Assembly: GCA_039630415.1 (NCBI GenBank)
Contig: JBCNVB010000018.1
Location: 64,001 to 128,000, forward strand
Origin: a bacterium
Lineage (GTDB): Bacteria; DRYD01
Direction: 5' to 3'
DNA: 64,000 nucleotides
The notes under the pieces were generated by a model that did not search any database, had not been told where the DNA came from, and was given only the letters and a program-made list of their open reading frames with translations. The translations under genes were made by a program, and so were the position numbers. Below are positions 46,939 to 56,900 of the stretch, piece by piece. Numbering within the stretch: the first letter of the stretch is position 1; each line of letters starts with the position of its first letter.

Positions 46939-48407
46939 AGCTTTTTGGTATAATCAATCACCCTTTCCATTATTGAATTTTTTGTATTTTTTGTATTTAC
47001 CTTTTCCATTTTTGTTTCATTTACTTCCTTAATTTCCATATTTTCTATCCCCATATTTTGTTTCAGTTTTTCGAGTATAATTTCCCTTTTCTGTTCAAGT
47101 AATTTGATGTATGTAAGATCATACTTATCCTGAATATTGTACACAAAGAATATTTTATTACCCTGTTTAATTATTTCCTTACAAGCATTCATTGTCTTGT
47201 AGATTAGTTTGTCATTTTCAAAAAATTTCAAAACCTGTTCTTTTACATTAATGTAATCTTGATTTGTTTGTTCTTGATTAAATCTATTTTCAACATCAAT
47301 CTTCTTTTCAGGAACCTGATATTGATCCTGAGTATAATTTTCATACCCTAAATTTAGTGACATTATTTCAAAAAAAATGTAATCATTCTCACTTTTGTAG
47401 TAATTCAAAACATTACTTACAACATTCATTACCCTTCTCACCTTTTCCAAAGGGAAAAAAGAAGTAATCTTTTGATAATTCTCAATCTGAAAAGAACAGA
47501 ACTCATCCAAAGTTTGATTATACCTAAAGTATATTATGTTCCTCAATTCCTCTAGAACAGTATATAAAAACTGATATATATTTACAGAGTTATACTTAAT
47601 TTTGTTTATGACCTGTATTAAATCGCTGATATTACCCTGCAATATTGAAAACAAATATTCATATATCCATGAATAAGAGGCTGTTAAAGAGATTTGGAAT
47701 ATATGGTTTATTGATATTTTTTTATCCATGTTTCTTACCTGCTCTAGAATACTTAATGAATCTCTTACGGATCCATTAGCCACCTTTGACAAATACATCA
47801 AAGCTTCTTCATCTATGTTTATTTTTTCTTTATTGCATATTTCTTTTAGATGCTGGAATATAGTTGAATGGTGCACCCTCTTAAATTCTATTTTTTGACA
47901 TCTGGATTGAATAGTTATTGGTACTTTGTGAATATCTGTGGTAGCCAAAATAAAGACGGTAAACTCTGGAGGCTCTTCTAGACTTTTCAATAGCGCATTA
48001 AAAGCCTCTATCGTTAGCATATGCACCTCATCTATTATATAAACCTTATACTTTCCTTTTAAAGGAGCTAGCTTTATGTTTTCTCTTATTTGCTTTATTT
48101 CATTTATTCCTCTATTAGAAGCAGCATCTATTTCTATACAATCCGGGAAATTATTGTTATTAATTGATATGCAATTTGAACAATTATTACAAGGTTCAAA
48201 ATCAACCCTTTGTAAACAATTCAAAGCTTTGGCAAATATCCTAGCCACAGTAGTTTTTCCAGTACCTCTAGTACCAGTAAATAAATAGGCATGAGAAAAA
48301 GTATTGTTCAATATAGAATTTGTTATTATCCTTATTGCTAAATCTTGTCCAATTACTTGACTGAAATTTTGAGGTCTATATTTCCTGTATAAAGTAACAT
48401 TCTTCAT
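46935..48407 (-). CDS. dnaX: DNA polymerase III subunit gamma/tau
   Basis: LYRKYRP, GTRGTGKTT, EIDAAS, IIDEVHML, SRC. Confidence 0.97.
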   Translation of the reverse strand: MKNVTLYRKYRPQNFSQVIGQDLAIRIITNSILNNTFSHAYLFTGTRGTGKTTVARIFAKALNCLQRVDFEPCNNCSNCISINNNNFPDCIEIDAASNRGINEIKQIRENIKLAPLKGKYKVYIIDEVHMLTIEAFNALLKSLEEPPEFTVFILATTDIHKVPITIQSRCQKIEFKRVHHSTIFQHLKEICNKEKINIDEEALMYLSKVANGSVRDSLSILEQVRNMDKKISINHIFQISLTASYSWIYEYLFSILQGNISDLIQVINKIKYNSVNIYQFLYTVLEELRNIIYFRYNQTLDEFCSFQIENYQKITSFFPLEKVRRVMNVVSNVLNYYKSENDYIFFEIMSLNLGYENYTQDQYQVPEKKIDVENRFNQEQTNQDYINVKEQVLKFFENDKLIYKTMNACKEIIKQGNKIFFVYNIQDKYDLTYIKLLEQKREIILEKLKQNMGIENMEIKEVNETKMEKVNTKNTKNSIMERVIDYTKKL

Positions 48408-49321
48408 AGAACTAGATTTTCTATCTTGTAGTTTTTCTTTAGATGGTCAACAGAGATTTTGGTATATATTTGAGTTGTACTAAGATTAGAATGACCTAGA
48501 AGTTCTTTTATACTCACTATATCAGCCCCATTTTGTAACATAATCGTAGCAAAAGTATGTCTCATAACATGAGGCGTTATTTTTAGCTTTAAACCCATTA
48601 TCTTCGAAACCCTAGCAAAAATGTATTGTACAGTTCTAACAGTCATTTTTTTATTTCTTATACTTACAAAAACATTCTCCGATCCTGAAAATCTCTGCTT
48701 TATATTCAAGTAACTGTTTAAATGTTCTTTGACATAGTCATTAAATATAACTATTCTTTCTTTATCCCCCTTACCTTTAACACTTATAGTTTTTTGATTA
48801 AGATCTATATCCGAGATTTTTATATTAACCAACTCGGATACTCTAAGACCTGTAAAAACCAACAATACAAATATTAATCTGTTTCTTGATTGTATAAAGT
48901 CTCTATATTTTTGATTAGTTTTTGAAAATACAAAATCAATACCATTAATTATTTGCTTTATTTGATCAATGGATATAGCTTTAGGCAAATTTTTTGGTGT
49001 TTTCATTGTTTCAATTAAATCCGAGTAATTTGTATCCACTATCCCTTCCTTCCATAAAAACCTGAAAAAAGATCTGAAACTAGATATCTTTCTGTTTATT
49101 CCCCTATTTAAGTGATTTTTATTAGTTTTAAGATAAACTACGTAGTTTCTAATCTGATCTATTATTTGATTAGCTTTTTGACTATCTATGCTTTGAATTT
49201 GCGATAAAGCAAAAAATCTTTTCAAATCATAAGTATACTCTTTTATAGTCCTACCTGCCAAACCTACCCTTATTAGGTAGTATTTATATTTTTCAAGCAG
49301 ATCTTCTACTTGTATTTTCAC
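48404..49321 (-). CDS. XerC/XerD-type tyrosine recombinase
   Basis: TGLRVSEL, GKGDKER, TPHVMRHTFAT, LGHSNLSTTQIYT; has the Xer N-terminal domain. Confidence 0.92.
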   Translation of the reverse strand: MKIQVEDLLEKYKYYLIRVGLAGRTIKEYTYDLKRFFALSQIQSIDSQKANQIIDQIRNYVVYLKTNKNHLNRGINRKISSFRSFFRFLWKEGIVDTNYSDLIETMKTPKNLPKAISIDQIKQIINGIDFVFSKTNQKYRDFIQSRNRLIFVLLVFTGLRVSELVNIKISDIDLNQKTISVKGKGDKERIVIFNDYVKEHLNSYLNIKQRFSGSENVFVSIRNKKMTVRTVQYIFARVSKIMGLKLKITPHVMRHTFATIMLQNGADIVSIKELLGHSNLSTTQIYTKISVDHLKKNYKIENLVL

Positions 49322-50253
49322 GATTCTTTCAAGGATAACCCTAGTTCAGATAGTTTTTGCTTTATCTCTTGAATAGACTTTCCTCCTAGGTTTCTTACAG
49401 TAATTAGATCATCTTCGGTATAGTTTATCAAATCCGCTAAAGTACTTATTCCTATCCTTTTAAGCGAGTTGTAAGTTCTCGATGATAAGTTGAGATCCTT
49501 TATATTCTTGGATAGAATATCCTTTTGAGAAGCTTGTTGTGATTCCTTAATAAATGTTTCACCTTCAAAACTATATCCTAACATTATTGTTTCAGTATAG
49601 GCTTTAATTACACCTAGAGCTTTCAAAAGTGCTTCCCTTGGAGCAATTGTTCCGTCTGTCCATATTTCAATATAAAGCTTATCTGTAAGCTGATTGTTTT
49701 CAGTCCTTTCATTTTCTACATAGTAGTTGACTTTTTGTACTGGAGAAAAGATACTATCAACTTTTATATATCCTATTATTTCTTCGGGTAGGATTTGCTC
49801 TTCTGCTGAGATATAACCATAACCCATTTTAACTCCTGCTTCTATAGTTAATGTAGTATTGGTCGTAATTGTAGCTATGTATTGATCTGGGTTAGTAACC
49901 TCCACCATTGCAGGGCATTTAACATCCGATGCTTTGACTTGAGCAGGCCCCGTTACGTTCAAATATACTTTTTCATAATCACTATTTGATCTATACTTGA
50001 ACCTTACTCTTTTCAAATTCATTATTATATCTATCACATCTTCTTTTATCCCAGGAATAGGTTCATACTCATGTAGAACGTTATTGATTTTCACATAGAA
50101 TATTGCAGCTCCAGGTATATAAGAAAGTAGAACCCTTCTTAGAGCGTTTCCAATAGTAATTCCCATTCCATAGGGCAACTTCTCTATGAAAAATCTTCCA
50201 TAGTTTGGTTCAATTGCTAATATACCAGTGTTCACATTATTTACTATAAGCAT
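49318..50253 (-). CDS. rpoA: RNA polymerase alpha subunit
   Basis: GITIGNALRRVLLS, VLHEY, DSIFSPVQKV, RNLGGKS. Confidence 0.98.
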   Translation of the reverse strand: MLIVNNVNTGILAIEPNYGRFFIEKLPYGMGITIGNALRRVLLSYIPGAAIFYVKINNVLHEYEPIPGIKEDVIDIIMNLKRVRFKYRSNSDYEKVYLNVTGPAQVKASDVKCPAMVEVTNPDQYIATITTNTTLTIEAGVKMGYGYISAEEQILPEEIIGYIKVDSIFSPVQKVNYYVENERTENNQLTDKLYIEIWTDGTIAPREALLKALGVIKAYTETIMLGYSFEGETFIKESQQASQKDILSKNIKDLNLSSRTYNSLKRIGISTLADLINYTEDDLITVRNLGGKSIQEIKQKLSELGLSLKES

Positions 50254-50302
50254 AGTTATAAACCTCCTACCAGCGTTTTATGTATGTACTTTTCAAAACT
50301 TT

Positions 50303-50941
50303 TTATCTTGAGTAAAATTCTACAATAAGATTATCTTCTATTGGATACTCTATATCACTTCTTTCAGGTTCTCTTAAAATCTTTATGGTTAAGTTACTAT
50401 GATCAGCATTTATCCAAGATGGGATAAAAATATTCTTTGTGCCTTCTAAATATTGCTTTATTACATTAAGAACTTTGGGTTTGAATTTTATTACATCACC
50501 CATTTTGATCAGATATGAAGGTACATCTACGTTTTTTTCGTTAACAAATACAAATCCGTGAGAGATTATTTGTCTAGCTTGTGCTCTTGAGGCTGCAAAA
50601 CCAGCCCTGTATATAACGTTATCTATTCTCCTTTCTATAATTTTCATTAGATTTTGACCTGTAAATCCTTTACCAAGCCTTGCTAATCTCTTAGCTTCTT
50701 CAAAATATTTTCTAAACATTTTTTCACTAACACCATAGATTCTTTTTACCTTCTGTTTCTCTCTTAGTCGTATTCCGAAAGTTGTAAGTTTAGGTCTCCT
50801 TTTTATGAAACCGTGTTGGCCTGGCGGATAATTTCTTTTTTCCAAGGGACATTTATCAGAATAACACTTTTCTCCTTTGAGATATAGTTTTATTCCTTCC
50901 CTTCTACACAGTTTACATTTAGGACCTATGTATCTACCCAT
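50303..50941 (-). CDS. rpsD: 30S ribosomal protein S4 (Cys-containing N-terminus)
   Basis: GPKCKLCRREG, PPGQHG, LREKQK, IVEFYSR. Confidence 0.98.
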   Translation of the reverse strand: MGRYIGPKCKLCRREGIKLYLKGEKCYSDKCPLEKRNYPPGQHGFIKRRPKLTTFGIRLREKQKVKRIYGVSEKMFRKYFEEAKRLARLGKGFTGQNLMKIIERRIDNVIYRAGFAASRAQARQIISHGFVFVNEKNVDVPSYLIKMGDVIKFKPKVLNVIKQYLEGTKNIFIPSWINADHSNLTIKILREPERSDIEYPIEDNLIVEFYSR

Positions 50942-50954
50942 TTTGCAATAGTTT

Positions 50955-51009
50955 CCTCGTTTATCAGAGGGCTGGATAATTTATATACCGCTATTTCCAG
51001 CAAGCGGTA
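50955..51009 (-). promoter_or_regulatory. Candidate structured leader of rpsD: H-type pseudoknot plus short SD-containing hairpin
   Basis: mRNA reads UACCGCU U GCUGGA AAU AGCGGUA UAUAAAUUA UCCAGC CCUC UGAUAAAC GAGG, with two crossing perfect stems of 7 and 6 bp. Confidence 0.6.
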
Positions 51010-51011
51010 AT

Positions 51012-51392
51012 TTATACTCTTCTTCTTGAAGGAGGTCTACATCCATTGTGTGGTATTGGAGTAGCATCTTTTATATCACTGATTTCAAGTCCTGCAGCTC
51101 TAAGTGCTCTTATAGCTGATTCTCTTCCCATACCAGGTCCCTTAACAATTACTTTAACCTCTCTTAAACCTTGTTGTATAGCTTTCTCTGCAGCCTGCTT
51201 TGCAGCTAATTGAGCTGCAAATGGAGTGCTTTTCTTAGTACCTTTATATCCTACTGTTCCTCCAGATGCCCAACTTATCGTATTACCATTCTCGTCCGTT
51301 ATTGTTATTATTGTATTGTTAAATGTAGAGTGTATATGAGCTATTCCTGTACTGCTAACTCTTTTTTGTTTTTTCTTCTTTTTATAAGCCAT
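51012..51392 (-). CDS. rpsK: 30S ribosomal protein S11
   Basis: [29 protein letters not shown]. Confidence 0.98.
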   Translation of the reverse strand: MAYKKKKKQKRVSSTGIAHIHSTFNNTIITITDENGNTISWASGGTVGYKGTKKSTPFAAQLAAKQAAEKAIQQGLREVKVIVKGPGMGRESAIRALRAAGLEISDIKDATPIPHNGCRPPSRRRV

Positions 51393-51438
51393 TACTATTC
51401 CTCCTTATTTGGTGTAATAGCTTTTGACATTGATAAAA

Positions 51439-51447
51439 ATTCTACCA
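51439..51447 (-). promoter_or_regulatory. Putative extended -10 promoter (TG-G-TAGAAT) for rpsK-rpsD-rpoA
   Basis: Fits TGnTAnnnT in the spacer upstream of rpsK, which has an AAGGAGG SD. Confidence 0.55.
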
Positions 51448-51457
51448 AAAATAGATA

Positions 51458-51919
51458 TTACCTGTTTTTTATTATTATCCTACAGCCAGGATAATACTTC
51501 CCATCTTCAGAAACTATACATCCCGTCGAAGGAACACCATCATCCAAAAAAGAGTCAACATCAACTATAGTTTTAAGAGGTACAAATGAATTTTCTGAAC
51601 AGGTATTAACCTTACTATAAACTACTTCATCAACATATATAACTATCTGCGTATTATAGGCTGAAAGGAGTTTTATACTCTTTCGATTATCATGCCGCTC
51701 AATTGATACTACCTTGAAAATTATGGATAGATCTCTTAACGTATTTTCTATTTGCAATAAAGAATCTTGATAAACTAAATTCCTTATAAATCTTATCTGA
51801 TTAATAAAATCCAAATACATTTTATCGCTTGAATAAGGTGAATAGAGAGAGAAAACCTTTACTATTAATACCATGGAAACTAATATAATAACACTTCTAG
51901 ATATAAAAATATCCCACAT
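51458..51919 (-). CDS. Hypothetical protein with N-terminal TM helix
   Basis: 153 aa ORF filling the gap between dxs and rpsK; no family recognised. Confidence 0.6.
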   Translation of the reverse strand: MWDIFISRSVIILVSMVLIVKVFSLYSPYSSDKMYLDFINQIRFIRNLVYQDSLLQIENTLRDLSIIFKVVSIERHDNRKSIKLLSAYNTQIVIYVDEVVYSKVNTCSENSFVPLKTIVDVDSFLDDGVPSTGCIVSEDGKYYPGCRIIIKNR

Positions 51920-51966
51920 ATTTCTCTATTCATATTTTAGCAGAATTAGTGAAAAAAACCTACTAT

Positions 51967-53943
51967 CTATATCTTTACCTTTAGACTTAGTTGATTAAAG
52001 TAATCTATGATTAAGTTTGAAATCTTAGTAGGAGTTAATCCATAGTATTCAAACAAAACACTAGAAGCTCCATGTTCAATAAATTCATCCTTCCATCCAA
52101 TTCTCAAAACTTTTACAAATAAATTGTTATCATTTAAATACTCTAGAACACTGCTAGAAAATCCCCCTGCAATAACATTGTCCTCCAATGTAACAATTAA
52201 ATTAAAATTATTCGCTTTACTGAGAACTTCCTCATCAAGAGGTTTTATTGAAAGACAATTATACACTTCCATATATATGTCTTCTTTCTGAAGTGTTTGA
52301 CATATTCCCTTTGCTAATTTTTTCATCCTACCAGTTGACAAGATCATTACCTTTTTTAAGCCGTTATTCTGAGATCTATATATTTGCTGCCATTTATAAA
52401 GGTCTATTTGACTGAATTCTTGAGTTTCAAGTCCCTCTACAAAGTCACGTGGATATCTTATGAAAGTAGGTTTTTTAAGTTTTTTCAGAGTTGTATAAAG
52501 TACATTTCTCAACTCTGTTTCATCGGAAGGAGCAAATATTTCTACATTAGGTATCATTCTTACATAAGATAAATCAAATACACCATGGTGAGTAGGCCCA
52601 TCTTCTCCAACTATTCCAGCTCTATCTAGAACAAACAGTATTGGTATTTTTTGAAGTGCTACATCATGAATTAACATATCAAAAGCTCTTTGCAAGAAAG
52701 TAGAGTATATAGCTACTACAGGTTTGTATCCACTTAAAGCCAATCCACAAGCAAAAATTACAGCGTGCTCTTCTGCTATTCCAACATCAAAAAACCTATC
52801 TGGGAAAGTTTTAGAAAAGTTTACTAACCCTGTTCCCGAAGGCATAGCAGCAGTTATTGCTATTATCTTCTCATCCATTCTAGCTAATTCCACAATCGAT
52901 TCTCCAAAAACTTCAGTATATGTCTTAGTTGGACTTTTAGTAAAGTTATCCACCTTTATTCCCTCATCAGTGCTAAAGTATATGAAATTGGAAGGTTTTA
53001 TTTTACCTTTAGCCACTCCATGCATTTTTTCAGAATGACTTTCCGCTTCCTTATTCCCCTTGCCCTTCTGGGTTATAACGTGAACTAAAACAGGCTTTTG
53101 AAGAGATTTAACAAAACTAAATACTTCATCCATTAATCTTATATTATGTCCGTCTATAGGACCTATATATTGGATCCCGAATTCCTCAAAAATAACCCCC
53201 ACAATCGAATGTGACATTAGCTTATTTAAACCCTCTTCTACCCAACTCTTAGTATCTCTTATCATTTCTTTTATCATACTATTGACAGGTATTTTATCCA
53301 GTATGTTATCTATTTTTTCCTCTACTTTGAGTATAAAAGGATTATTTCTTAATTTTTTGAGATACATTGATATTGCTCCAACATTTCTAGATATTGAGTA
53401 TTCATTATCATTAAGAACGATGATCATTTTAGTTGGGTATTGCCCCAGATTGTTTATAGCCTCGAAAGTTACACCACAGGTTAATGCAGCATCACCTATT
53501 ATAGCAACCACGTTGTAGTCCTGTTTAGATATATCTCTTCCTATAGCGTATCCTAGAGCTGCTGATACACCTGTTCCCGCATGACCAGCACCATAATGAT
53601 CAAAACTACTTTCCTTTATCTTCGAAAATCCAGATATTCCTCCAAAAGTTCTTAAAGTTGTGAACCTTTCCTTTCTATCAGTCAATATTTTGTATATATA
53701 AGATTGATGAGAAGTATCAAAAATGATTTTATCTTTTTCAGGGTCGAAATTTCTGAGTAAAGAAATCGTTAGCTCAACCATCCCCATATTACTACCGAAA
53801 TGTCCTCCATTGTGATATATGACCTCGGTTATGTAATCCCTAATCTCTTGACATAAAATCTCTAACTGTTGGTAGTTAAAATCTTTAATATTTTGATAGT
53901 TTACGAACTTAAGGTATTTCGATTTATCAAAGCTTACAGTCAT
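51967..53943 (-). CDS. dxs: 1-deoxy-D-xylulose-5-phosphate synthase
   Basis: GGHFGSNMGMVEL, GDAALT.G, GPIDGH, DVGIAEEHA, DGPTHHG. Confidence 0.97.
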   Translation of the reverse strand: MTVSFDKSKYLKFVNYQNIKDFNYQQLEILCQEIRDYITEVIYHNGGHFGSNMGMVELTISLLRNFDPEKDKIIFDTSHQSYIYKILTDRKERFTTLRTFGGISGFSKIKESSFDHYGAGHAGTGVSAALGYAIGRDISKQDYNVVAIIGDAALTCGVTFEAINNLGQYPTKMIIVLNDNEYSISRNVGAISMYLKKLRNNPFILKVEEKIDNILDKIPVNSMIKEMIRDTKSWVEEGLNKLMSHSIVGVIFEEFGIQYIGPIDGHNIRLMDEVFSFVKSLQKPVLVHVITQKGKGNKEAESHSEKMHGVAKGKIKPSNFIYFSTDEGIKVDNFTKSPTKTYTEVFGESIVELARMDEKIIAITAAMPSGTGLVNFSKTFPDRFFDVGIAEEHAVIFACGLALSGYKPVVAIYSTFLQRAFDMLIHDVALQKIPILFVLDRAGIVGEDGPTHHGVFDLSYVRMIPNVEIFAPSDETELRNVLYTTLKKLKKPTFIRYPRDFVEGLETQEFSQIDLYKWQQIYRSQNNGLKKVMILSTGRMKKLAKGICQTLQKEDIYMEVYNCLSIKPLDEEVLSKANNFNLIVTLEDNVIAGGFSSSVLEYLNDNNLFVKVLRIGWKDEFIEHGASSVLFEYYGLTPTKISNLIIDYFNQLSLKVKI

Positions 53944-54019
53944 TACTTTTCACCCACTCTTAGATTTATTTACTTGTTTAATTATTTTACATTTATAAAT
54001 TTATTTCCTTCCTTTATGT

Positions 54020-54703
54020 TTAATATTCAGAGATTATTTTTTTTATGAGTTTAAGAGCTGCTTGTTTCTCAGCCTCCTTTTTTGTCTTTCCATAACCTGA
54101 ACTAATTTCAAAACCTTCGAAAAATATAACTACAAAAAAACCTTCTTCGTTTTTATCAATAACCCTGTACTCTGGCATAGGCAAATTTTTCTTTTGAAGG
54201 AAACTCTGTAAAAATCCCTTCCAATCAAACATATTTTCAACTATCTGATCCATATATTTATTGAACACTTTTAAAATAACGTGATAAAAAAAATTCTTAA
54301 CATTATCAATAGATCCACTATCAACATAAATTGCACCAATTAATGCTTCAACTACATCAGCATAGGTTTTAATACTTGCAGTATTTCTTCCCAAGCTTTC
54401 ATAGTTAAAAATCAGATATTCTTGTAATCCCAACTCAAAACAAACCAGATACAAAGTATAATAGTTTATCATCAAAGTCTTGTATAAAGACAAAGTATCC
54501 TCTGAAAAACTAGGATATTTATAAAAAGCATATTCGCTAACGATATAGCTCAAAAGAGAATCCCCAAGAAATTCCAGTCTTTGATTATTTTGTTCTACAC
54601 TATTGTAAACCGATTGGTGTTTGAAAACTTGTTCAAGTAGCGACTTATTTTGAAAAACATATCCTATTCTATTCTCTATTACACTAATCTCTAGTTCTTG
54701 CAT
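54020..54703 (-). CDS. rnc: Ribonuclease III
   Basis: NQRLEFLGDS, ADVVEALIGAIYVD, and a dsRBD (GKTKKEAEKQAA). Confidence 0.96.
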   Translation of the reverse strand: MQELEISVIENRIGYVFQNKSLLEQVFKHQSVYNSVEQNNQRLEFLGDSLLSYIVSEYAFYKYPSFSEDTLSLYKTLMINYYTLYLVCFELGLQEYLIFNYESLGRNTASIKTYADVVEALIGAIYVDSGSIDNVKNFFYHVILKVFNKYMDQIVENMFDWKGFLQSFLQKKNLPMPEYRVIDKNEEGFFVVIFFEGFEISSGYGKTKKEAEKQAALKLIKKIISEY

Positions 54704-54709
54704 ATTTTT

Positions 54710-55541
54710 CTACAATCTTTCTAGTTCTTGCTCAATATTTTGAAGTACTCTTGCAGAATTTTTTAGTTGTTGTATAAAAAACTCCTTATTTTTATGAATA
54801 GATAAAAAAGCAAAAGCACCTAAAACTTGAACTAACCTCTGGACTTTATAGTATCTATAAAATCTCGACAATCTGTTAACTTCAGGATAACTTTTAAAAT
54901 AAAAGTCCATAATCTTATACTTAACACATTCTGGTAAATCAACATAAGGATCCTCAACTAACGAACTTAAATCATACATAAAATTACCTACCATTATACC
55001 CTGAAAATCAATAAAGTAAGGTTTCTTCCTATAAAAAATTATGTTAGTAGATTGTAAATCACGATGTATCAAATTCTTGTGAACTCTGTACAAATTATAA
55101 CAGTTATTTACAACAATTTGATAAAATCTGATCCACCTACTTATGTTCTTCTTACCCAAATAGTTTAGTAAGTAGTTTTCAATAAAATATTTCCACTCCC
55201 AATTTAAGACATCTAACCCCAAATGCCTAAAATCATGCGGATAATACTTATTAATTTTGTGAAGCTTTATAATTTGCAAAACAACAGAAAAATATTTACC
55301 AACGAGCCAATTGTATGATCTTTTATTATTTTTGATTGTTTGATATAAATTTTTACCCAGATTTTTAATAATAGCAAAATTTGGAAAAACCTTATATATT
55401 TTTGGTACATTTATTCCACTCTGATTTAAGAATCTGCAAGTTTCGATATACTTTTGAAGACTATTTGTATGATCTACAAGTATTATTTTTTTTTTGAAGA
55501 GCTATAAAGTATCTATCACTACCGCTATTGATTATTCTCAT
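54710..55541 (-). pseudogene. APH/choline-kinase-like phosphotransferase (AmgK-like), frameshifted at an A10 tract
   Basis: ATG at 55541 lies 4 nt after the pilC stop and gives MRIINSGSDRYFIALQKK. The long frame continues IILVD...GINVPKIY...NLG...HRDLQSTN...IDFQ...YDLSSL..DPY...QRLVQVLGAFAFL. Removing one base from T10 at 55486-55495 joins the two frames. Confidence 0.8.
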
Positions 55542-55545
55542 GTTT

Positions 55546-56835
55546 TTATCTGATAATTTTGGAAGGCAAAATAAATACCGGTAAGTAGAGTGCTAATAAG
55601 ATAAAGAATACAAATCCTCCTACAATCACTATAAGAGTAGGTTCAATCAATCTCATTGCTCTTTCTATTGTTACTTCCATTTGGGTCGAGTAGTACCTAT
55701 CTGCTTCACTTAGCATTTTGTATATAGTTCCACTTCTTTCACCTGTTATTAGCATCTGTTCAACGATAGGTTCAAAAAATTTTGTATTAATTAAACTATC
55801 ACTAAGCTTTTTACCTTGTTCAATGCTAGATATTACTTCTTTTATTTTCTGACTAAAAAGCGAACTAGTAGTTGCTGCAGAAGACATCTCTAAAGAAGAT
55901 ATTATTGATATACCATTAGTTAAAGTTGTATGTAATGCTTTGAAAAAAATAGAACAGTAATAATACTTGATAATATTCGAAATCACAGGAATTTTAAGTA
56001 GAATATACTCGAGATTTTTTCTCAAATCTACGTTTTTCCACATGTAAAACAAAATACCAAAAATACTAAATTTCAACATATACAACATAAAACCCATATT
56101 GATAGTAAAACCTAAAATTTTGAGATTGGAAGTATATAAGTCTGATGCTTTTATTACCATAACTGTAATAAGGGGTAAATCTTTGTAAATTTTTTCAAGA
56201 CCTATCATTTGTACAAAAATTTGTTTAAATTTGGGTACAACAAAGAACATAGCAAGTGCCCAAACTAACAAAACAGCGAATATCACAAACAGAGGATAAA
56301 TCATAACGTTAATTAATCTATTCTTAATATTGATAAAGTAATTGTAATAATCTGCCAAACTTTGGAAAATTTTATCCAAATTACCAGAAACTTCACCAAC
56401 TTTAATCATATTAATAAAAAAACTACCAAAATAGCTTTCATACTTTGAAAAAGCTCTATAAAAACTAACACCACTCTGAATATCTAATGATATATTTTCA
56501 AATATTTTTCTCAAATATGGATTCTTTATTGTTCTTATAAATATGTTCAACATTGAATTGACAGGTAATCCTGCGTGAAACATTTGACTGAATTGAGTTG
56601 ATATAAATGCTAAACTAGATAAATCAGCTTTCTTATATTTGGCTAAAGATATTTCCTTAATGAAAAGCTCTCTATTTATAGAAACCAAAGCCTGAACATC
56701 TGGATTAGCTATAACTTTCTGCATAGCTTCTTCTGCATCCTTTGCCTCTACTACTACATGCCTGATTTGATTCAAACTATCCAAGTACTCAACCTTATAT
56801 TTCACCCTACTCATCAAATATCCATTTATATACAC
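55546..56835 (-). CDS. pilC: Type IV pilus/T2SS inner-membrane platform protein (PilC/GspF)
   Basis: Two GspF repeats (GEVSGNLD, GERSG.I), YP, IEP...LYLP. Start is either GTG 56835 or ATG 56814. Confidence 0.9.
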   Translation of the reverse strand: MYINGYLMSRVKYKVEYLDSLNQIRHVVVEAKDAEEAMQKVIANPDVQALVSINRELFIKEISLAKYKKADLSSLAFISTQFSQMFHAGLPVNSMLNIFIRTIKNPYLRKIFENISLDIQSGVSFYRAFSKYESYFGSFFINMIKVGEVSGNLDKIFQSLADYYNYFINIKNRLINVMIYPLFVIFAVLLVWALAMFFVVPKFKQIFVQMIGLEKIYKDLPLITVMVIKASDLYTSNLKILGFTINMGFMLYMLKFSIFGILFYMWKNVDLRKNLEYILLKIPVISNIIKYYYCSIFFKALHTTLTNGISIISSLEMSSAATTSSLFSQKIKEVISSIEQGKKLSDSLINTKFFEPIVEQMLITGERSGTIYKMLSEADRYYSTQMEVTIERAMRLIEPTLIVIVGGFVFFILLALYLPVFILPSKIIR

Positions 56836-56900
56836 CGAAACTAAAATCCTTCAAACAAAGCCACCAAAAATAAAAAATAAAGGGAATAATAAACTCTAGC

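Noticed and set aside
46935-48407. Programmed frameshift or slippage site in dnaX
   Set aside because: I saw no A AAA AAG heptamer or A9 run after domain III on the coding strand, and the ORF is continuous.
48404-49321. Tyrosine recombinase as a prophage or island integrase
   Set aside because: Its size and motifs fit chromosomal XerC/D, it overlaps rpoA and dnaX, and no phage or cargo genes are nearby.
51458-51933. Hypothetical gene as a pilin or pseudopilin
   Set aside because: It has an N-terminal hydrophobic helix but no in-frame G|FxxxE prepilin motif. The nearby out-of-frame MNREICGIFLYLE stops after 17 codons.
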